Source of the DNA: a virus
Lineage: Duplodnaviria; Caudoviricetes
Strand: one strand, 5' to 3'
Length of the DNA: 39,078 nt
IMG/VR virus record: IMGVR_UViG_3300015050_000895
Location: 1-39,078 of that record
How positions within the stretch are numbered: the stretch's first letter is position 1; each line of letters begins with the position of its first letter. The notes under the pieces are model-generated. The model saw nothing but the letters and a program-made list of their open reading frames with translations. It was not told where the DNA came from and ran no database searches. The translations under genes and the position numbers were made by a program. Positions 33,864-39,078 of this stretch are shown here, piece by piece.

Positions 33864-35393
33864 TCAGCCCATCCAGCCTTGTTTGCTGGGTATCCTGGGT
33901 GGCGGTGGTTTCGTCGCTGGCTTTTTCTTCAGCGGCTTCGCAAAGGTCAGCCCAAGCGCATCGGCCATGTCTGGAGACCTGAGCCCGCGCTTCTTCATGT
34001 CTTCTTTCTTTTCCATCTTCAGCGCGTTGTTGCTGTCGTAGAAGTAGCGGATCTGTGTTAGATCGGCCTGCAACTCGTCGCTGTCCGGGATTTGAGCCGG
34101 CTGGGCTATCAGCCATTCTTTGGTCAGTCCCCACATCTCCGCACGCTTGTTGAAGTACTTCGTCGCGTCAATTGGGGATTCGGAACTATTCACCTGGACT
34201 ACATCGCAGTCCGGCCCCTTCCACTCAGGGCTTGAAACAATCTCTTTCACTCGGTCGTAAACACCGGCGCCCAAGCCGCCTACATCGATTGCGCACTGGA
34301 CGGCTCCGGTCTCCTTGATCGCTATGACCACGAGGCCTGCAACCTCCATCGTGCTTTTCTTGCTATAGCTCTTGATCCAGTGAGCTTTGCGGCCCTGCCT
34401 TAAACAGATAGATGTGCGGTCATCACCGAACCTGGCCGGGTCAACCCCTAGTCGCTTGTCGCCTACCGCCTCTACCTCGATCTTTCGAGCCGCAAGGACT
34501 GTCTCCGCCTGAATGTATGGATCAACCCCGGACACCTGGAAGGCCTCAGCTGCGGTGGCCGGATATTCCTGCTTGAAAAGGATCGGGTCCTTCAGCTCAA
34601 TGATCTTGGCGCGGCGCCACGCCATCTGCTCCATGTCAAGCCCGTAGGCTTCCATGTACTGTTCATCGTCAGCATCGAGCGTGAAGCCTTCCGGAACCTC
34701 TTTGCGGTACTCGGCCGACCAGTACCAAGGCACGAAGATTGCTATGTACTCAGATAGCCCAGCCTCAGCGTCTTGCCACTCCTTGTGGAAGTAGTTGCCA
34801 ACGCCGTTGGCCGTCGATTCCTTGAAAACCTCTGTGCCTGGCTCATCAGGTATGGCCTGCAGGATGCCGGCCGCATGCTGCTGCGCGTTGGGCCAGAAGG
34901 CCACCTCAGAGCCGTGGAACAGCTGCACCGTGGAGCTGCGCCCTACCGCTTTGTTCCCAGCCGTGCCGACCTTGTAGCCGGCGTCCAGCTTGTCAAAGTG
35001 CAACTCCTTGGCGTTTGAAGCGCTGGTGCTGGGCTTTACCGGGCCTGGGCAGTTCTCGTGATACCTGTTTGCCAGCTCGAAAAGGTTGTTTGTCGCCTCT
35101 TCCTCGTGCGTCAGGATGAAAGCCCGAACGCCGCGGGTATGTGACACGCGCCAGTAAAAGCGCCCCTCGATGTACGTTGAACACCCTTGCTGCCTGCCCT
35201 TCAGGACAATCGCCCTGACCTTGCCAGTCCTTGCGCGCTGCTCCTCTACCCGCTGATGTATGTACAGCTGGGCCTCATTCAGCTCAAGCGGGACAACCTT
35301 GCCAGACTTGGTGCGGATCTTTAGGCATTTGCTTGCGTAGTGCGCGAAGTCATCCTTCAGCCGCTGCCGAATTGCCCGCTCCTTCGCGTCCAT
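33864..35393 (-). CDS. terL: Terminase large subunit
   Basis: VLKGRQQGCST Walker A, HGSEVAFW Walker B, ESTANG, GVDPARFGDD nuclease, SPDMADALGLTF. Confidence 0.97.
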   Translation of the reverse strand: MDAKERAIRQRLKDDFAHYASKCLKIRTKSGKVVPLELNEAQLYIHQRVEEQRARTGKVRAIVLKGRQQGCSTYIEGRFYWRVSHTRGVRAFILTHEEEATNNLFELANRYHENCPGPVKPSTSASNAKELHFDKLDAGYKVGTAGNKAVGRSSTVQLFHGSEVAFWPNAQQHAAGILQAIPDEPGTEVFKESTANGVGNYFHKEWQDAEAGLSEYIAIFVPWYWSAEYRKEVPEGFTLDADDEQYMEAYGLDMEQMAWRRAKIIELKDPILFKQEYPATAAEAFQVSGVDPYIQAETVLAARKIEVEAVGDKRLGVDPARFGDDRTSICLRQGRKAHWIKSYSKKSTMEVAGLVVIAIKETGAVQCAIDVGGLGAGVYDRVKEIVSSPEWKGPDCDVVQVNSSESPIDATKYFNKRAEMWGLTKEWLIAQPAQIPDSDELQADLTQIRYFYDSNNALKMEKKEDMKKRGLRSPDMADALGLTFAKPLKKKPATKPPPPRIPSKQGWMG

Positions 35394-35686
35394 CAGGCCA
35401 GATCGTCTAGCGATTCCTCGTGGACCGCCACCTTCGCATTCAGCTCGATGCTGGACAGCTTGGCATGCACATAGGGCGCGGCCATGCTCGCCGCATTCAG
35501 GCGCTCACGTTGGTCTGTTTCCTCATCACGCATCACGGATAGCAGGTACTCAAGCGGCGTCAGGCCGGATTCCTCTACAGCCTTCACCACCTCAGCCGTG
35601 CGCTTGTTGGGCGTGCCCTTCTTGCGGCCAGCACCAGGCCGCGCACCGCCTTTGATTTTGGTTGATTGTTTTTCAATCGAGGCCAT
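35393..35686 (-). CDS. terS: Terminase small subunit
   Basis: GGARPGAGRKKGTPNK...TPLEYLLSVMRD...AAPYVHAKL; coupled to terL. Confidence 0.85.
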   Translation of the reverse strand: MASIEKQSTKIKGGARPGAGRKKGTPNKRTAEVVKAVEESGLTPLEYLLSVMRDEETDQRERLNAASMAAPYVHAKLSSIELNAKVAVHEESLDDLA

Positions 35687-35697
35687 GAGAATCAATA

Positions 35698-35874
35698 TCA
35701 GCCCTTGCGGGCGGCGAACTGCTCACGGGTCATCGGGGTTTCACCGTTGGCCGTGGCTTCTTTCACATGGAGTTGATAGGCGCGGTCGCTCAGGTCTTGC
35801 CTGGCTCGCTCGGCCATTCCGGTCCCAACTGGCTTATCCACGCCCATCAGGGCTGCGAGCATGTTTGTTGCCAT
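35698..35874 (-). CDS. Hypothetical protein (58 aa), not in the ORF track
   Basis: Manual translation MATNMLAALMGVDKPVGTGMAERARQDLSDRAYQLHVKEATANGETPMTREQFAARKG; AGGT SD. Confidence 0.65.
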   Translation of the reverse strand: MATNMLAALMGVDKPVGTGMAERARQDLSDRAYQLHVKEATANGETPMTREQFAARKG

Positions 35875-35882
35875 TGGGATAC

Positions 35883-36089
35883 CTATTCCTTTTTCGAGTC
35901 CGTTGCGCCGAGAACGGCGCGCCAGTCGGTAAAGCCGAGAGTTTTCTTGACTCTTGGCAATTCTTGACTTTCGACAGCGTTGCCCTGCTCATGAGCGCGC
36001 ACCGGCGACACGCTTTTTGGTTGGCGCGTCAATGGCCAATGATTGATAGCGGTGAATAAGGCGATTCCGCCAGGTCCTGAACCAATCAT
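35883..36089 (-). CDS. Hypothetical protein
   Basis: GAGGT SD; fits the late operon. Confidence 0.55.
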   Translation of the reverse strand: MIGSGPGGIALFTAINHWPLTRQPKSVSPVRAHEQGNAVESQELPRVKKTLGFTDWRAVLGATDSKKE

Positions 36090-36100
36090 GATTTACCTCA

Positions 36101-36138
36101 AAATAAAAAGCCCCCGGGCCGATGGTCAGCGCGGGGGC
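36101..36138 (-). terminator. Terminator-like hairpin
   Basis: GCCCCCG...CGGGGGC followed by TTTTTATTT on the minus strand. Confidence 0.6.
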
Positions 36139-36179
36139 GAAGTGCAACGTGTGCACACCATGGAGAAGAAAGTTAGCTA

Positions 36180-36416
36180 CTACTGACTTGCGCCTGGGCC
36201 TTTGAGGTATTCCTCAGCGGCGGCGGCATCTTTCAGCAGTTGGGCCATTGAAACAATGTTGTCGCTTGCCCGTGAGTTGGTGTGAGCCAGCGACAAAGCC
36301 ACATTCAGCGCATCTATCCGCAGCAGGTTACTGCCATCAGGCAGGCCACGGGCTATAGATACAGCCTCCTCTTGGTCGGCAATGAACTTTTTGAGCCTTG
36401 CTCCATCATCAGACAT
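36180..36416 (-). CDS. Hypothetical protein, first ORF after the late-leader RNAs
   Basis: AGGAG SD; LRIDALNVAL...LLKDAAAAEEYLKG. Confidence 0.75.
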   Translation of the reverse strand: MSDDGARLKKFIADQEEAVSIARGLPDGSNLLRIDALNVALSLAHTNSRASDNIVSMAQLLKDAAAAEEYLKGPGASQ

Positions 36417-36520
36417 GCAAAGCTCCTGTTAGGGCTGGGTCAGCGTCCGCAATCGAGGTTGCAGCCTTTGCTCGGCGAGCGGTGGCGCGGTAGTTACGGC
36501 GAGAACGTGACCCGGCTTTC

Positions 36521-36619
36521 TGGTGGGCTCTGGCTCAGAGTCGAACTGAGCGCCTGAAGGTTAATTACGCCTTCTTTGTCGCGGCATTTAGCCGCCGCTC
36601 TCCACTGAGCTACAGTCCC
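36521..36619 (-). tRNA. Atypical tRNA-like element / pseudo-tRNA with two anticodon-type arms
   Basis: GGGACTG-TA-GCTCAGTGGAGAGC D-arm, CTCAG-TTCGACT-CTGAG T-arm, ACCA end; imperfect acceptor stem; no canonical anticodon loop. Confidence 0.6.
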
Positions 36620-36620
36620 G

Positions 36621-36659
36621 AAACGGAAAAGCCGCCTATGCATTGCTACATGGCGGCTT
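36621..36659 (-). terminator. tR'-like terminator in the late leader
   Basis: AAGCCGCC...GGCGGCTT followed by TTCCGTTT on the minus strand. Confidence 0.7.
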
Positions 36660-37011
36660 GGAATTTGTTGCTGGCCTTGCACCAACTTCGCCCCTCAATA
36701 TCAGCCGGGGTAGCTGCTCTTACAGAGTTGGATTTGGTGGCCCTAAGCGGCTCCGGGCGCTGTCTGATCCATCAGGCGGGGCTCTCTCACTTCCGTAAAC
36801 AGACTTGCTTTCACCAAAACGGCTGCTGACTGTCACTGGCCAGTGCGCTACCGAGAGCGTCGCGGAATTTCCCTGCCGGTACTTTACCTATGACTTCTGC
36901 TCGCTGCCAATCAGCATGCGTTTTGACAAAACGGCGGGAAACGTCGCTCTCGGGTTAATGCTGTATCGATCCAGCCCCTCAAGTACCTAGTTACCCTGCG
37001 TTTTGACAAAT
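36659..37011 (-). ncRNA. Candidate ~350-nt structured ncRNA between the late promoter and terminator
   Basis: No credible ORF; repeated closing stems CAAAACG/CGTTTTG, long helices, T-arm-like hairpin and stem-U-CCA ends (see findings). Confidence 0.6.
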
Positions 37012-37012
37012 T

Positions 37013-37231
37013 TCAGAGACAGTTATCCCGTCCAGTTGCGGACGATACTCTCTTTTCAGACTTTGTCAAGCGTCTGTGTTGCTTTTTTAGCGATTTCTTT
37101 GTCCGACTTCGCTTGTTTCGCGCCAGCAGTAATAGACGCCTCGAATGGCGCATCGCGAACCAATGCGCTATGCCGTCTCGGTACATCTCCTGTTCCAGTT
37201 GTCCCCACCATACGGGATCAAGGCTTGCCAT
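37013..37231 (-). CDS. Possible basic hypothetical protein overlapping the late promoter
   Basis: ATG overlaps the Q-like stop; MASLDPVWWGQLEQEMYRDG... Confidence 0.35.
   Translation of the reverse strand: MASLDPVWWGQLEQEMYRDGIAHWFAMRHSRRLLLLARNKRSRTKKSLKKQHRRLTKSEKRVSSATGRDNCL
37042..37069 (-). promoter_or_regulatory. Late promoter pR'-like
   Basis: TTGACA-N16-TATCGT downstream of the Q-like gene; -10-like GATAACT shortly after the predicted start (possible sigma pause element). Confidence 0.65.
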
Positions 37232-37611
37232 CACATCACCCCCGCAGCCATGAGCTTGCGCGTGAGCATGTTCCGCGCCTCCATGACCACAACAGCGCGC
37301 TCCTCTTTGTCGGCCGGCAAGCGTGGGCTGATCCACACGGCATGCCCGGTGTAGCAATTGCGCGCCAGGACGTGGATAGCGGCCCTGTGGGGGTCTTTCA
37401 TCTCGCCGACGTGGAAATCTACCGCCTTCATCTGGGCGGTGTTTACTGTGTCGTCTGCAATGTCCGCGGTGCTGTCCCAGCCCTTAGGGCTGACGGCGTT
37501 GCGAAACATGGGGTCTGCGCCCGCGACGGGGACGGGGCTGTAGTGCTTGCAGTGGAAGTGCCAGCGGCTGAGGATGTCGTCCAGAATTACATTTACGTCG
37601 TTGCGCATCAT
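37231..37611 (-). CDS. Late antiterminator Q-like protein
   Basis: LDDILSRW...AVDFHVGEM..PHRAAI...EARNML; canonical position between nin genes and the late promoter. Confidence 0.6.
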   Translation of the reverse strand: MMRNDVNVILDDILSRWHFHCKHYSPVPVAGADPMFRNAVSPKGWDSTADIADDTVNTAQMKAVDFHVGEMKDPHRAAIHVLARNCYTGHAVWISPRLPADKEERAVVVMEARNMLTRKLMAAGVM

Positions 37612-37626
37612 TTCCCGTCCTTTTAG

Positions 37627-37770
37627 TTATTCCCGCGACCAAACATCAACCACCCTAGCCGCAGTGGTGCAAAACACATCTGCGGTGTATTTCCAAAGTC
37701 CCCATGCATAGGCAATGAGGCCGCTTATCAGCACCAGGGCGGTTTCTAGTAGCTGGGTTGCGGTTCTCAT
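37627..37770 (-). CDS. Small membrane protein (47 aa), not in the ORF track
   Basis: MRTATQLLETALVLISGLIAYAWGLWKYTADVFCTTAARVVDVWSRE fills the gap between two genes. Confidence 0.5.
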   Translation of the reverse strand: MRTATQLLETALVLISGLIAYAWGLWKYTADVFCTTAARVVDVWSRE

Positions 37771-37773
37771 GAC

Positions 37774-38034
37774 TTAAATCCGCGTGTAGCCCTCTTCAAA
37801 AGCCTTGGCTGGGCTGAACGACATGTAGCCGTCCTCATACACAACGTAATAGCCGCCGACCTCTGGCTTGTGCTTGGCATGCCAGTCAGGCAGAAGCGTG
37901 ACGATGCCGCCAATTTCACCCAACACAAGGTCGGGCATGTCTGGCTCACCGTTTTGGCGGAATGCGGTGATCTTGGCGGCGCGCACGATCTTGTGCGAGC
38001 GATATGCGGGGAGTTCTGTTGCCGGGCTGCTCAT
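37774..38034 (-). CDS. Phage protein with GYYVVYEDGYxSFSP...FEEGY motif
   Basis: AAGGG SD then ATG 38034; conserved-looking motif. Confidence 0.85.
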   Translation of the reverse strand: MSSPATELPAYRSHKIVRAAKITAFRQNGEPDMPDLVLGEIGGIVTLLPDWHAKHKPEVGGYYVVYEDGYMSFSPAKAFEEGYTRI

Positions 38035-38044
38035 ATTTTCCCTT

Positions 38045-38395
38045 TCAGAGTTCGATGCGGTCAATGTTGGAGTAGAGAATGTTCATGGACCGGGTCAGGC
38101 GCCCCGTAATGGCGTCCAGATCGCGGCCCAGCATGGTCGCCGGCACAGGAGCCGGCGCGGACTCATTCTTAGCCGCTGTGTTCTCGTCCCGCGTGATCTT
38201 CTCGGTCTTCTTGCCGAGAAGTTCTACGAACTGTTCCAGGGTATCGGCGGCCTGAATGAGCCGCGAAACTTCCCGGCCAACATCGGACTGCCGCGTCAGC
38301 TCCCCTTCATTGGAATTGCCGGAAGCGGCACCTAACACCATGCGCTGCGACCGCTGCGCGGAAATTGCTTGATTTAGATAGTCATTCATATTCAT
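38045..38395 (-). CDS. Hypothetical coiled-coil protein
   Basis: GGAG SD; ends IDRIEL. Confidence 0.75.
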   Translation of the reverse strand: MNMNDYLNQAISAQRSQRMVLGAASGNSNEGELTRQSDVGREVSRLIQAADTLEQFVELLGKKTEKITRDENTAAKNESAPAPVPATMLGRDLDAITGRLTRSMNILYSNIDRIEL

Positions 38396-38439
38396 ATCTC
38401 CAGTTGTTGCACCTGTGGCCCAGGCTGCTAGGCATCGTC

Positions 38440-38844
38440 TTATGCAAATTCCTGCTCGTAAACTTTCACACCGCGAGCCGCAGCTGTGGCGTGTAAAAAT
38501 TCCAGCAATTCACTGAACTGGGCCTTGGGCATCTTTGAGGTGCGCAGGCCCAGCATCACAACCCCGCCGTCCAGCCCCATCGCCAGGCGCGAGGTTTCCT
38601 GTTTGAATGCGGCTGTGAGTACGTCTTTCCATTCCTCGGGCTCCATGCGTACCATCTGGCCGTTTACGGGCCATTTCAATTGCTTGCTGAAAGCCTCCAG
38701 AATCGGCCACATTGCGGCGTTCTGATCGAGCGTGCGCTGTGGTGGGCCTACGGTTACCTTGGAGCCCGTCTCAGCGTCATCTATGGCCTTGTGGGCGCCT
38801 GCGATTGCCCATGGGTGAGCAAGGATGAAGGTTTTCTTGGTCAC
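38440..38844 (-). CDS. ninB: NinB/Orf recombination protein
   Basis: RTLDQNAAMW...EEWKDVLTAA...GLRTSKMPKAQFSELLEFLHA. Confidence 0.92.
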   Translation of the reverse strand: MTKKTFILAHPWAIAGAHKAIDDAETGSKVTVGPPQRTLDQNAAMWPILEAFSKQLKWPVNGQMVRMEPEEWKDVLTAAFKQETSRLAMGLDGGVVMLGLRTSKMPKAQFSELLEFLHATAAARGVKVYEQEFA

Positions 38845-38963
38845 ATCGCCTCCCAGTCCCGATAGGCCTCAAGGGGCGTGTATCCAATCCCCATGCGCAT
38901 GCATTCAAGGCGCTGGCTTGAGCAGTGCCATAGGCCTTTGTAGAGCCAGAGGCGTGGTTTCAT
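38841..38963 (-). CDS. Small hypothetical protein (40 aa), not in the ORF track
   Basis: MKPRLWLYKGLWHCSSQRLECMRMGIGYTPLEAYRDWEAM; overlaps neighbours at both ends. Confidence 0.65.
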   Translation of the reverse strand: MKPRLWLYKGLWHCSSQRLECMRMGIGYTPLEAYRDWEAM

Positions 38964-39031
38964 GGCATCTCCACACACATGTATTCGCCACCATCACCGG
39001 TATCGAATTTCAGCAAATCAGCATGCGTAGG
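38960..39031 (-). CDS. 3' part of the junction-spanning 68-aa protein
   Basis: In frame with 135..1 after removing the 47-nt overlap. Confidence 0.7.
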   Translation of the reverse strand, partial: PTHADLLKFDTGDGGEYMCVEMP

Positions 39032-39078
39032 CGTTTGCCTGATATTTGATGGCAGTTCGTCATTGACTATCAACACCC
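39032..39078 (+). repeat. Terminal direct repeat, copy 2
   Basis: Identical to 1-47. Confidence 0.95.

Larger units (their letters stand above)
1..39078. mobile_element. Complete temperate phage genome (lambdoid organisation, P22-like podovirus virion genes), circular/excised form
   Basis: Full set of modules present (immunity, replication, recombination, packaging, head, tail, lysis, integrase); 47-nt terminal redundancy; uninterrupted attP next to the integrase; no host genes. Confidence 0.95.

Noticed and set aside
36521-36619. Functional tRNA-Phe(AAA) or tRNA-Leu(TAA)
   Set aside because: No canonical 7-nt anticodon loop, an extra arm and a bulged acceptor stem; kept only as tRNA-like
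36670-36730. Hammerhead or twister ribozyme (CTGATA...CGAA; GGTGCAAGGCC)
   Set aside because: Conserved cores (CUGANGA/GAAA, or the twister pseudoknots) could not be completed by eye; needs a covariance-model search
36961-36974. LexA box-like CTGTATCGATCCAG
   Set aside because: Spacing is CTG-N8-CAG, not CTG-N10-CAG; better explained as an RNA hairpin

Overview
The window appears to be a complete, circularly permuted genome (about 39,031 bp; bases 1-47 are repeated at 39032-39078) of a temperate lambdoid phage with a P22-like podovirus virion module. The host is probably a betaproteobacterium (Comamonadaceae-like SSB; inference). Leftwards from a cro/cI switch lie cII-like, ParB-like, replication, nin, Q-like, packaging, head, ejection, tail and lysis genes. 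Rightwards lie an early operon (repeat protein, PagP-like beta-barrel, RecT, SSB, DNA methyltransferase, DUF1643, excisionase), then a convergent tyrosine integrase, an intact attP carrying a tRNA 3' end, and an OafA-type acyltransferase moron. The most unusual region is the ~600 nt non-coding late leader (36430-37040, minus strand). It holds a ~350 nt multi-domain RNA with repeated closing stems, mutually complementary bulges (P4 CI / P1 C4-like logic) and tRNA-like stem-U-CCA ends, then a terminator, a tRNA-like element with two anticodon-type arms, and another stem-loop. A 12-mer in this RNA recurs in the early pL leader. Other points of interest are two envelope-acylating enzymes, a hairpin-occluded 35-aa membrane peptide, a candidate anti-defence domain, a repressor without a peptidase domain, and several apparently leaderless genes. 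All calls come from reading the sequence by eye; no searches or folding programs were run.
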